Of a stretch of 64,000 bases of DNA, positions 43,124 through 58,441 are shown one piece after another (position 1 is the stretch's first letter; every line of letters begins with the position of its first letter). The DNA is from the human T2T-CHM13v2.0 reference genome, Homo sapiens. The notes beneath the pieces were generated by a model, which was given only the letters and a program-made list of their open reading frames with translations, had not been told where the DNA came from and ran no database searches. A program made the translations under genes and the position numbers. The stretch lies in NCBI RefSeq assembly GCF_009914755.1, contig NC_060928.1. One strand, written 5' to 3'.

Positions 43124-43560
43124 TGTGTTAGTTTAGGTTCTCCAGAGAAAGATAATCAATATATATGGTTCTCGGCCCTTCAGACTCTAGGAATTACAAT
43201 CTGCATGGTTAACTTCAGACTGAAAGCCAGTCTGAAGTTAAATGGCTTAGTGAAGGCTCCCAGTCTGAAGTTAAACATGAGATTCAATGTCCAAGGACAG
43301 GAGAAGATGGATATCCCAGCTTAAGAAAATGGACAGAATTCTCTTGTTTTCTTCCTGCTTGTTCTATTTGGGTAGAATTTCAATGGACTGGATGATGAGC
43401 AACCACATTGGTGAGGAAGAATCTTTTTTATTGTGCCTACTGATTCAAATGCTATTATCTTCTGGAAATATCCTCACAGACACACCCAGAAATAATGTCT
43501 TACCAGCTATCTTGGTAATCCTTCACTGAGTCACGTAGAGTCATGAAATTAACCATCACA
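43124..43560 (-). mobile_element. MLT2 (ERVL) solo LTR, internally rearranged
   Basis: GGTTCTCCAGAGAAA...CTCACAGACACACCCAGAAATAATG...AAATTAACCATCACA; TSD AAAAC/GAAAC. Confidence 0.85.
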
Positions 43561-43642
43561 GAAACACGTTGTCTTTTCTTTCTTTCTTTTTTTCTTTTTG
43601 GCATATATGCTTTGTAACTCAGGTTTTTACACTTACGATAGC

Positions 43643-43845
43643 TTAGCTTGTCCAACCCTTTGAATGCAAGGACATATTTGCTTATCTGTGGTGGCAGATA
43701 TCACGAAAATTATGTGTAGATTTTTATTTTATTTTATTTTATTTTTAGCTCATCAGCTAGTGTTAGTGTTAGTGCATTTTATGTGTGGCCCAAGTCAATT
43801 CTTCTTCCAATGTGACCCAGGGAACCCAAAAACTTGTACATGCTG
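43643..43845. mobile_element. MER30-family hAT MITE
   Basis: AGCTTGTCCAACC...TAGCTCATCAGCTAGTGTTAGTGTTAGTG...TGTGTGGCCCAAG. Confidence 0.85.
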
Positions 43846-43939
43846 GGCCTATTCTCTTTCTAGCTGATAGTTCATAGCAAAGCATTTTTTTTACTAGGTT
43901 TTTGTTTTGTTTGAAATTTATGTTTTGTGTTTTGTTATT

Positions 43940-45968
<2,029 letters not shown>

Positions 45969-45992
45969 TTGTCTTATGGTTTCCTCGTTTGC

Positions 45993-46166
45993 CTTTACTT
46001 TTTCCTTTCCCTTTCCCTTACTCTTGTCCTTCCTTTCCTTTCTTTCTTCCTTTTTTTCCACCTTCCCTTCCTTCCTGCCTTCCTGTCTTCCTTCCTCCCT
46101 TCCTTCCTTCTTCCCTCCATCCCTCCCTCCTTCCTTTCTTTCTTTCCTTTTCTTTCTCTTTCTTTC

Positions 46167-46211
<45 letters not shown>

Positions 46212-46418
46212 TTCTTTCTTTCTCTTTCTTTCCTTTCTCTTTCTTTCTCTCTCTCTCTTTCTTCTTTCTTTCTCCTCCTCCTTCTCCTTCCTTCTTTCCT
46301 TCCTTCCTTCCTTCCTTCCTTCCTTCCTTCCTTCCTTCCTTCCTTCCTTCCTTCCTTCCTCCTTCCCTCCCTCCCTCCCTCCCTTCTTTTTCTTTTCTTT
46401 TCTTTTCTTTTTTTCTTG
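45993..46418. repeat. Compound polypyrimidine microsatellite (TTCC)n/(TTTC)n/(CCCT)n/(TTTTC)n
   Basis: About 425 nt almost entirely C/T on the + strand. Confidence 0.97.
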
Positions 46419-47659
46419 CAATTTTTTGCCCAGTCTCATGGACTTCTGGCCAATGCATGTGCAGGTTGGCATATAGCCAAAGACTCACAGAAAACCCTAT
46501 GCAAATTATGAAATTCCTTCTCCCCCTGGCTCTCTCCTCTCTGGAATTGTACCCTGTAAATTCTAGTCAGTTCAGCTTCCCTGAACTCAAATTGCTGTCT
46601 CTTTCATTCAGTGAGCATGCCAGGTTCTATTTCCCTATATCATGTACTGAAAACTGGCTCCAGGCAGAAAGTCTTGGCAATGGTAGAGCTCAATTCAGTA
46701 TGTTCCTTATTTTAGAAAATACTATTCTAGTGCTGCTTGTTACCTGATATCTGCAAATTGCTGGTTTTTTTTTTTACATTTTTAAAAAATCAACACACAA
46801 AATTTTATATATTTAAGGTATACGATATGAAGATGTAGTATATATTGTGGAATGGCTAGATCAAACAAATAGCATATGTATTAACTAAAATACTTATAAC
46901 TTTTTTGTGTAAGAAAACAATATTTACTCTCTTTTTCTCTCGATATATATACATATATATATATAGTCACATACTTGATCAATTTTTTCCAGGCATTTGT
47001 GTCAGAAAAGTAATTTCAGACCCTGTTACTTTCTTATGAACATAAGTGGAAGGGCTATATTTCACTTTAATACCATTAGTCTTACAAAACATTCTTTCCC
47101 CTCAGGCTCAAATATGACAACCGCCTACTTGAAACACTAAAATGGCTAATACCTGTATAAAAATATCTAAAGTTATTAGTTGAGTTTACAATGCCCTTCA
47201 AAATCTCGGTCTCTCGGAGCTTATCAAGTACATCTGTGGCTTTTTCTCTTTGTAAGCCAATTTTAATTTTATTTAATCTTATAGTATTTATTGTTTTTCA
47301 AAAATCCCTTCAGATTTTCTGTTCTCAACATCTGAAATCTCTACAAGATACAAATTTAATATATGCATAAAGCATCCTGTATTTACAAATAACACTGCCA
47401 AATAATGGAAAGTCCATTATTTGTAATGTTTCCATACACTACAAAGATATTGAGAGAGATATCATTGTCATGTATCGCAGTTTGCCAAGTTCCCTTCTCA
47501 GTGTCTTTCAAATATCATCTTATTTCTTTTATTTAACTACACAAGTGTCTTCAGTTAGATTGTAGGAATACAAAAGCAGGTCAATTCAAATTTTAAGACT
47601 GATGATTCTCAAAGTTGAAACTCATGAATTCTGATAGGAGGTGGGTCTGGAAGATTTTC

Positions 47660-48145
47660 TCAGTTAACTATGGCTGTATATATTTTACAAACACAGGATT
47701 TAGTGGATTAAAGAGTAGCAATTTTATTATTTTTCATGATTCTGTGAGGATTCTGTGTTCTGCAGTAAACTAAGTGGCTTGGCTGGAATGTCCATAATGG
47801 CTCATTCACACAGCTGGTTGTTGGTGCAGACAGTTAGTGCAGAGTCTCAACTGGGGCTGTCAAATGAAACACCTCTGTCCTTAACTGCTTGGCCTCTATA
47901 TGTGGTTTGAGCTTCTCTCAGAGTGATGACTGAGTTCTAAGAGGCATAAAGTGAAAACTGGCAGTCCTTTTAAGGCTGGAATGGAAAGTCCCATACTGTG
48001 ACACATTTCATTATTAAGGCCAATCATAAGGCCTGCACAGATTCAAGAGCAGATGAAATAACGTCCACCTGTTGCTGTGAGAAATGTATATATGGACACA
48101 GAGGAAGAAAATTGTTGGAGGTCATGGTGAGAGAGTAGTTACCAC
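47660..48145 (-). mobile_element. Old MLT1-family solo LTR
   Basis: TTAGTGGATTAAA...CTCAACTGGGGCTGTC...CAGATTCAAGAG...TTACCACA. Confidence 0.7.
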
Positions 48146-50335
48146 AGGGAACTGGAAGAAATTCTGTTCTCTTTGATATTTCTTTGTAGTCTTCCTTCAA
48201 TGTGGATTTTTGGTTTGTTTGTTTGTTGGCGGGTATGGGGTTAGAGTGTGGAAAGACCCAGAAAACCAGGAATGTTCATAGCTTACATGACTCTTTATTC
48301 CTGTTGTGGCAGCCACAACATCACTTCTTATCTATTTGAAATGTATGTATCTCTTTTTTGGGTACAGAATTTGGATAAGCTTCATATTCTCAGAGGTTAT
48401 TGCAGATCTCTATCGGTAATATTATTTTCCTCATTTATTTTTGTTAACCATGTTTTGCTCTAATCTCGTAAGTTTTAAGAGTACTATTTGCCATTGTTTA
48501 TCACAAGGAAGAACTTTGCCAAAACATATCAAAATGAACTTACACAAAAAAAAGTTTCAAAAGTATGTTTGACATTGTGAAAAAACTAAAAAGATTATGA
48601 TTTTTAAAGTTTGTGATTTAGTTCTTTCCAACATCTCCAGGATTCAACTGTAATAGGAACATACTATTTATGTTTTGTTTTTAAAAATAAAATTAATAAA
48701 ATTGAATAACTATAAACATTTTTGCTCCAGTTTAATTAAAAAATGTAATAACATATTCCCCCAAGATTGCTTTTCAAACCAAAACTATCATAAATACCAC
48801 ATCCAGGCAGCTAATAAGTATTTGTCTTGAGTATACAATAATTTTTAAATATGGTGAAAAATATCAATATTCTAGCCACAGTGTAAGAAATATGCCAAAA
48901 GTATGGTTTGGGTTTACCAAATATGTTTTTTTGTTTTGTTTTTCTTTCTTAGTATTAATCTTATTTTTATGCATATATGTTTAGAGATATATGTTATTTT
49001 AAATTTTGATATATGATCATATATCATCAAAAGAATTCTTATGCAAACAATAGAGATCATTCTATTTCTTATATCTACTCATTCTGCAATGAGAATTATT
49101 TAGAATCTTCTAAATAATGGGTAGATTTTTGTTGATGCCTGAGAAAACATGCTAATCAATCAGGCTCTTCAGATACAGACACACATTTATATAGGGTAGG
49201 ATGTCTTCTAGCCAGGTTACAGACAAGTAAATAAATATGATTTTAAAATTATGTAAATGTATTATCTTATATAAAAACATACATTAGGAAAGTTCTTAGT
49301 GTTTCTAATTCTGTGCTAATAACATAATTAAATGCACAGATTCTTTTCATATTTCTGCTGTACAGTCCACAGCACTTTGAGTTTTCCCATTAATTTAGCT
49401 GCCATGATAGGCACAATTTGGTTATTATAATTCCTGACATCCAGTTAGAAGTGTAACATACAACAGAAAATTGAATATCTGTCTTTCGTGGTTTTTTCAG
49501 CTCTCCTATGATAGACATTTCCTCATTGGCTCCAACTGGGACAAATTATGATTCACAACAATGATCACTATTGTCATTGACTTAGACTATTCAAATTTAT
49601 TTTACATCTAGAGGCAGTCACTATTATTTAGTATGTCAATTATTGTCATACATGTGCTAGTGTGTTTTTGTCTATATTCAGGGAGTTGTCAGTTACTGTT
49701 ATTTAAAATTATTATCCAAAGAGAAGTCCACATTTCATAATTTAGCTATATTTGTCACTGAGCAGCCCCAGACATGTTCTTAATTAATCAGTTTTCAAAA
49801 TAGATTTTTATGGAGTAAATTAAAAGTTTGTTAATTAGAAAGTTTGATTTTAGAAATGGAATTTAATTAGTAAAATTAATGAATTGGTAAAAATGTGTGA
49901 TTCTGATAAAATATTGTAGTGATACTTCCACAAATATATGAACAGGCCATACAAATTTAGTAAGCCCTTGGCTTTCTTACCATTTAGAATCCTGTCTGAG
50001 TTTACTTTGGAAACATTCCTTTGTCTAGCCACCAAATACAGAAGATGGTGTTTCCCTGGTGCCTTTTGTCAGATGAATTGAACTCAGTCTGTAGGATAGG
50101 GTCATGTTACATTGAGCAAACCTTTCATGCAAAGTGAGTTTAAAGAGTGATGTGTCAATTTGTACCAGCCAAACAGAATCAATGGTTAGCATCTCTTCCC
50201 AGGGCATCAGTCAGACACTAATATTGGTTGTTTAAAATTAGCCAGGGCTACATCGAGGAAATCAGAAACCTAGATAGTGATTTTTGGTTTTGGTGTATAT
50301 ATGTATGTGTGTGTTTTCATTGAGCTGGCTTATTA

Positions 50336-50378
50336 GCAACAGAGTGAGACTCTGTCTCAAATATATATATATATATAT
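50336..50378 (+). mobile_element. Alu 3'-terminal stub with (AT)n tail
   Basis: GCAACAGAGTGAGACTCTGTCTCAAA followed by (TA)n. Confidence 0.75.
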
Positions 50379-51939
50379 GATTAAGAAAAAATATGGATCT
50401 AAATGACAATTTTACAAGCACATGCCTAATAACCTTCTTTCTTGACTAACTTAGCCTAGTGCAGGGCTTGACTTTCAGAGCTGTGAGACTGCATAATCTA
50501 GCATGTGTTTATCACCTCAGAAAAAGAAAAATAAATTTCATAGTTAAATTAGTTTGGCCATTCTTCTTGGAGATCCTTGATATAAATTAACCTTAAAAAG
50601 TTGCTGTGAAATCATGTGGTATAGGAGTATGTTGAAATATCCAGAGCTTTTTAAAATTTTAAATAATACAAACTCTACATTTTCTAATAAAGCAATTTAT
50701 TGTGTATTAATGTGCTCATAGGAGAAATTGTGGGATGTCTGGATGGAAGAGTAAATTTTTCATCATTGATGCCTATCATTTTCTTACTTCTTTATCTGTT
50801 TATTTCTGTCTGTTGGCTACATTCTACAGAGGGGATCTCTCTGTGTGTATCAAAAGGACCACTGACATATGTAGGTTTTCATTCTCTGTGATTGGTGAAT
50901 CAGAAGGTGTGCTCAGAGAAGAGCTCTAATTGGACACACTTAGATGTTGTGCTTGTCAATGAAATGATTACTGATGCCAGCAGTACTATGGTTGGCCCAG
51001 TGGTTATATGGTTGGCCACAGATGCAAGAGAAATGGGCCTTAAAGGAAGCTGAGAGATCAAGACGTGACCTCTATATATCCCACTGCATATTCCCAAACT
51101 TGTTGGAACATAGAACACTTTTCTCAAAAACACTTAATATTTTTGCAGATTCCACTCAGATATTGAAATATTTGTAACTGCCTATTGTTCACCTTACAGG
51201 GATATTAATGTGTTCACCTGTCAGCCTCCATAATTAAATTTTCCCATTAATGTGAAGTAATGAAACATGCTTCAAATTTCATATACATGCATGATGACTT
51301 GTATGTACATTGTGGTCATATCTTTGAATAAAGAAAAATAGTTATGGTTTTCTAGGCATTAGTGAAAACATTGTCAAGCCACATGATATGTTACATAATC
51401 TACTGGTAGACTTGGATTTTAAAGATTCTTTTAACACAAAAGTCAGGGCTGTAAAATCTAGCTAAGAACACTGAATAAGGAGTGCTTTGATGCTTAGCTA
51501 CATAATCAAACAATGTGACAATGGGAAGTGGGAAGATCAAATGATAAGAAGTGGTGACAAATGGGCATTGATTTCAGGTCACTGAAGTGTGTCTCAACCA
51601 GTAAAGTGGCCATCCCAAGTTGTTAGGACTTTCACAGTCCATTGAAGATACAAAGAAAGTACTCCAATACTGATATGTGAAAAATGGTAAAGTACATTTT
51701 TCCTTAAATCATGTAAGATATATCCCAGTTCAAAACTGTTAATGTAAAATCCAGCAGAAATATTTCATTGTTATATTTAAATGTATCCATATGTTTATGC
51801 TTATTTTATAAAAGTTTATGTAACATGTGAGAAAGATACGATTAGAAATAGTTTAAAAATTGATTTGCAAATACAATTCGGAATTTTAGGCAGAAATTAT
51901 TGAAGAATAATTTAGGCAGAAATTATTAAAGAATTTACT

Positions 51940-52700
51940 GAATTAAAGCTAATTCGGGGATTGAAAAGACGAATAGTCCAAACATAAGGTAGACTTCAGG
52001 TTTGATTGACTCAATCTGCACAGCAATGTCCAGGCACTTGTCATGAATATCCAAAAACTTTTCCTTTTTCATCTCTGCCATATTAGGTATCAGCTTTATA
52101 TCCAGCCTAGTAGCTATTCAAGGTTTACAATGCTACACAGCAATACATATATATCTATAAATTCACACACACACATATGTGTATATATATACACATATAT
52201 ATTCACTGACCGTATTTATTTGTACATTTATATTTATACAAATTTACTGACTCCAAAAGAAAAATCATAGCAAAATATAGTAATGTAATATATGTATAGA
52301 ATTATATATTTTTATATTATATAAAATGTATATAATTATAATATACTATATAGTATATCAAATAAAATATATATTATATATTAAATTATAAGATAATATA
52401 AATTATTATATAAATATGTAACTATATATAAATATAATTATGTATATATATAAAATTACTTTATTTTGCTGTTATTTTCCTTCAGGAGTCAGTAAATTTT
52501 CTTTAGGTAGCCACCTGTACATTTTTTCTCATGTATCATTGGTTGGAATTAAGTAATATGATTATTTATGATGCAATTACCATATTTAGGTATAAGATGG
52601 GCAGTGCAGACTATCCTGTCATGACTAAATTTGGGAAAGATGGGCACCTAAACAAAAATAGCATATTATTAAACAGAAAGAAAGAGGGAATAGGTAGTAT
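51940..52700 (-). mobile_element. Very old MLT1 (K/L-like) LTR interrupted by AT-rich low-complexity DNA
   Basis: GACTTCAGGTTTGATTGACTCAA, CATGTATCATTGGTTGGAATT, CACCTAAACAAAA...AGAAAGAAAGAGGGAAT. Confidence 0.5.
52240..52499. repeat. Imperfect AT-rich palindrome
   Basis: Outer arms 52240-52284 and 52455-52499 are reverse complements at 39 of 45 positions. Confidence 0.85.
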
Positions 52701-53435
52701 TCATTTTGTCCATGTTTTTTCTAGGGAGGACTTTCTAATTTTAAATGTTATTTAAAAGATAAATCAGAAATCATCTTCTTGAGAAAATCCCCTCTAATTC
52801 CCTTTATCATCATTCCAGCGTGAATAGGCATTTCTCTTCTGGGGATCTATTCATAGGCTGTACCTATCATTTAGTATTTCAGTTATTTGTTTCCATGATT
52901 GGCTTTTTCATTAGTCTGTGAGTACTGTGAGGGCAGAAATACTTTTTATTCATTTTATTGTAAACAGTATGATATTTAAAAAACATCTCTTGAATGAATT
53001 GGTGATGACACAATGGCAAATTATTCATATTTGCTAAAATTATTTCCAGTAGAACCACTTAATTTTAGTACCTTAGTTCCTTTTGGTATTCAGATGTAGT
53101 AATAGGAATTTATTGTAAATGATTCTGTTTCATAGAGTCCACTCAAAAGCATGTTAGCATAATAAAATAAATTATGAAATATAGAGTTTTTTTCCTGACT
53201 TTCCAACCTAATTTAGGGACCTCTAATATATGTCATTTTCTAGTTTTTCTTATTGGAAAATATGCCAACAGTCTTGTTTGCCATAAGACAAAACTGTCTT
53301 TATTTCCCTGCACCCATTAATGTGTATTCGGTGGGAACTCAATAAATAGGTATAGTTAAATAAATGCATTAGGAATATTTACATTTCCCTTGTTATAAAA
53401 TATAACATTTATTTCTCTCTTTTTTCTCTCTCTCT

Positions 53436-53440
53436 GTGTG

Positions 53441-53479
<39 letters not shown>

Positions 53480-53531
53480 CTGTATATATATATATATATC
53501 TGTATATATATATATATATATATCTCTGTGT
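53436..53531. repeat. (TA)n microsatellite with TG/TCTG interruptions
   Basis: Direct reading. Confidence 0.95.
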
Positions 53532-53638
53532 GTTACCATCTTAAGGTATAAGTTGGACAGCATAGGCTACCCTGTCATACTAAATTTGGGAAAGACGGGC
53601 ATCAAAACAAAAATAGCATCATATTAAAGAGAAAGAAA

Positions 53639-54021
<383 letters not shown>

Positions 54022-54060
54022 CTATTACATATATGATATATGTATATTTAGAAGTATGTT

Positions 54061-56382
54061 TGTATTAGTCTGTTCTCACACTGCTAATAAAGACATACCT
54101 GAGACTGAGTAATTTATGAAGGAAAGAGGTTTAATGGACTCAGTTCTATATGGCTGGGAAAGCCACACAATCATGGCAGAAGGCAAAGGAGAAGCAAATG
54201 CATTTCATACATGGTGGCAGACAAAGAGAGTGTGTACAGGGGAACTATCCTTTATAAAACCATCAGATCTTGAGAGACCTTTTCACAATCATGAGAACAG
54301 CAGGGGAAAAATCTGCCCCCATGATGCAATTACCTCCTACCGGGTCTCTCCCACAACACATGGGAATTATGGGAGCTACAGTTCAAAATGAGATTTGGGT
54401 GTGGATACAGCCAAACTATATCATTCCACTGCTGGCCCATCCTAAATCTTATGTCCTCACAGTTCAAAGCCAATCATGCCTTCCCAACAGTCCTGAAGGT
54501 CTTAACTCACTTCAGCATTAACTCAAAGGCCATAGTCCAAAGTCTCATCTGAGACAAGGTAAGTGCCTTTCACCTATGAGCCTGTAAAATCAAAAGCAAG
54601 TTAGTCACTTCCTAGATAAAATGGGGGTAAAGGCATTGGGTAAGCACAGCTATTCTAAATGGGAGAAATTAGTCAAAACAGGCTACAGGTCCCATGCAAG
54701 TCCAAAATCCAGTGGGGCAGTCAAATCTTAAAGCTCCAAAATAATCTCCTTTGATGCCATGTCTCACATCCAGGTCACGCTGATGCAAGAGGTGGGTTCT
54801 CATGGTCTTGGGCAGCTCCACCTCTGTGAATTTGCAGGGTATTTTCATGGGTTGGTTTTGAATGTCTGTGGCTTTTCCAGGTACATAGTGCAAGTTGTTG
54901 GTGGGTCTATCATTCTGGGATCTGGAGGATGGTGGCCCTCTTCTCACAGTTTCACTAGGCAGTGCCTCAGTGGGCACTCTGAAGGCTCCAATCCTACATT
55001 TCCCTTCTACACTGCCCTAGCAGATGTTCACCATGAGGGCCCCGCTCCTGCAGCAAACTTCTGCCTGGACATCCATGCATTTCCATACATACTCTGAGAT
55101 CTAGGCCGAGGTTCCCAAACCTCAATTCTTGACTTCTGTGCACCTATGGAACCAACACCACGTGGAAGCTGCCAAGACTTGGGGCTTACCCCCGCTGAAG
55201 AAATGGCCTGAGCTGTACATTGACCTCTTTTAGCTGAGGCCAGAGCTGAAGCAGCTGGGACACAGGAAACCATAGCCTAAGGGTGAATAGAGCAGGGGGT
55301 CCTTGGACCTGGCACACAAAACCATTTTTCCCCACTAGGCCTCCAGGCATGTGATGAGAGGGGCTGCCATGAAGGTCTCCAGGCATGTGATGAGAGGGAC
55401 TGCCATGAAGGTCTCTGACATGTCTTGGAGACATTTTCCTCATTGGCTTAGTGATTACCATTCAACTCCTTGTTACCTACGGAAATTTCTGCAGCCAGCT
55501 TCAATTTCTCCCCAGAAAATGGGTTTTTCTTTTTCTATTGCACTTTCAGGCTGCAAATTTTCCAAACTTTTATGCTCTGCTTCCCTTTGAACACTTTGCT
55601 GCTAGAAATTTCTTCTATCAGATACTCTAAATCATCTCTCTGAAGTTCAAAATTCCACAAATCCCTATAGCAGGAGCAAAACACCACCAATCTCTTTTCC
55701 TTGCAAGAGTGATCTTTACTCCAGTTCCCAACAAGTTCTTCATCTCCATCTGAGACCACCTTAGCCTGGGTTTCATTGTTCACATCACTACCAGCATTTT
55801 GGTCAAAGCCCTTCAACAAGCCTCTAGGAAGTTCCAACCTTTCCCACATCTTCCTGTTTTCTGAGCCCTCCAAGTCTCTAGGAAGTTCTAAATTTTCCCA
55901 TATTTTTCTATCTTCTGAGCCCCCAAAACTGTTCCAATATCTGCCTGTTCCCCAGTTCCAAACTCGCTTCCACATCTTTGGTTATCTTTATAGCAGCATC
56001 CCACTACCCAGTACCAATTTACTATATTAGGCTGTTCTCACACTGCTAAAAAAGACATACCCAAGACTGGTTAATTTATAAAAGAAAGAGGTTTAATGAA
56101 CTCACAGTTCCACATGGCTGGGGAGGCCTCATAATCATGGCAGAAGGCAAAGGAGAAGCACATGTCTTACATGGGAGCAGGCAAGGACAACATGTGCAGG
56201 GAACTCCCCTTTATAAAACCATCAGATCTCGTGAGACATTTTCACTATTATGAGAACAGCAAGGGAAAGACCCGCAACCATGATTAAATTACCTCCCACT
56301 GGGTCCCTCCAGTGACACAAGGGAATTATGGGAGCTACAGTTCAAGATGAGATTTGGATGGGGACATCCCCAAATCATATCA
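54061..56382 (-). mobile_element. THE1 (THE1B/C-like) MaLR: LTR 54061-54423, internal region, LTR 56023-56382
   Basis: Two homologous LTRs and an internal region with no nested insertion; perfect TSD ATGTT. Confidence 0.94.
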
Positions 56383-58245
56383 ATGTTGTTGGAAATATCA
56401 GCAAGTATCTTAGAGGAGAGCTCAGAGAAATACTATATATCTTGGCAGAAGTCAAGAGAATGGCCATTCATTCCAAGTTAGATCAGCTGACTGTAAGCCT
56501 CCATTGGTGGCAATCAAATGAGAGGTTCCCATTCTCAGATAGAGCAGATCTTTGATACTATAGATATCCATCACCAAAAGTAAGTGAATGTCTTGGAATA
56601 AGATCTTCACTTTTGTTAGTCTTGATACCCATCAACAAGAGCCATGTGGGATCCTGTGAATACTGAGTGCTTCAGGCCAATACACCTACTCTTCTCTCCC
56701 CTCCAACATTCATGGCTCACTGTCACTCTTTGTCTTGGAAATATGAAGTATAATCTCATTATGGCATTTAAATCTGTCCCTGTCATTCACCAAAAGGACC
56801 TCAATTCTCCCTTTCACCTAGGATTCCAATTCCCATAGGACTCTGTACATAGAATTTATTGATTTCATATACTATCTCATGTCAACTAATAAAATGCTTA
56901 CACTGAACCATCTGTAAATTAGAATCAGTCATCAGCAAAATTTGTTACACCTTGCAGCTCTTCTTTGAACAATACATTTCTTTTTTTCATTCTAAACCCA
57001 GGTTCTGTTTTGAGGAGACTATTTCAATGAAAAAGTGTTAGTGTATTGTTTTCTCCATACCTCTTGTTTTATAGAAACTGGAGGTGGAATAATTTTCCTC
57101 CTTGTTCTCATTGTCTGTTCCAAATTGCTCTTTTTCCCTCTACTGGAAAAAGTCAATCAGCGTGAAATCAGACTCTACCACCAACTGTTCCTGCTTGTTT
57201 TCATTATCTGCTAATCCTTGGGCCACTCTCCCTCATGTTCTGGAAAATTTAGCTCCCACTACAGTTATACTGTATTCAACACGACCTTTGCTATAAATCT
57301 TGGTGATTTCAATGCCCGCCTGAGTTATTTTCCTATTACCATGGCTTCTCAGTTCTTTGATGTTACATCTTCCACTTGTTAGGTCTCCAACCTCATCTCA
57401 GACATTTCCATGCAAAATCGTATTCTAGATGTCATTAGCAATTGCAGATACCACATTATTCAGCCATCATATACCATTCTTCTAATTTTATTCATTGAAT
57501 ATACTTTAAAGCTTATTGGATGCTGCAAAGTATTGATTCCACTAATGTCCCTTTCCCTCCTTCTGGCCTTGTTTCTTTGCTTACAGTTTTGACCCATGTT
57601 CATTCAATCATTATACTACATACAGGCATTTCCCCCCCTTTCATGCTTTTCTGTACTCATGTTTGTAAATCACAAGACTGGACAAATCAAATCTCTACTA
57701 CATGACACCTGCATCCACAGAAAAACATGGATAAAGGTAAACACAAGACCGTTGTTACAATTCTCAAATTAAATTTATGATCAGTTACCTCAAGTGGTCC
57801 CTACCTGACCAACGTCAATAGGCAATTGTACAATATTTCCCTAGTCTTCATTCTCTTACATGATCCTACCAGTGCTGCTTCTTTCCTATAACCTACACCT
57901 TGGTCTTTACCTTTATTTTCAAAATATGATGTGAGGGAAAAGAAGCAACCACAAGAGAAAATCTAAAATCTCCTACTCCTACTACCTTCCTATACTACCC
58001 ACTTACCTGTACATAAATCTAAATACTCTGCCTTTTCTGTGTCAAAATGAATAAACAATCTATCCTCCTTACAAAGGGAACTCCTCCATTTGACACTACA
58101 CCTCATCCCTTCTCCCCCAAGTGAGAACATAGGAATATTTCTTTAGCAATCTTACTGCCTTGTTCTTACAAGATTAGTTTCCTCTCTACCGGATCACACC
58201 CAGCAGCATAAAGACCAGGTGTTATTCTCCCAGCACAAACAAGCC

Positions 58246-58441
<196 letters not shown>

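Noticed and set aside
49960-51240. More complex sequence with several 60-77 aa ORFs as possible exons
   Set aside because: No recognisable homology or consistent splice signals; may be an ancient repeat that I cannot name.
51885-51934. 26-bp tandem repeat, and other short direct repeats, as a CRISPR-like array
   Set aside because: Only two adjacent copies, no spacers, and a eukaryotic context; ordinary slippage.
55535-55975. 146-aa ORF as a gene
   Set aside because: Decayed THE1 internal ORF remnant; the rest of the frame is disrupted.
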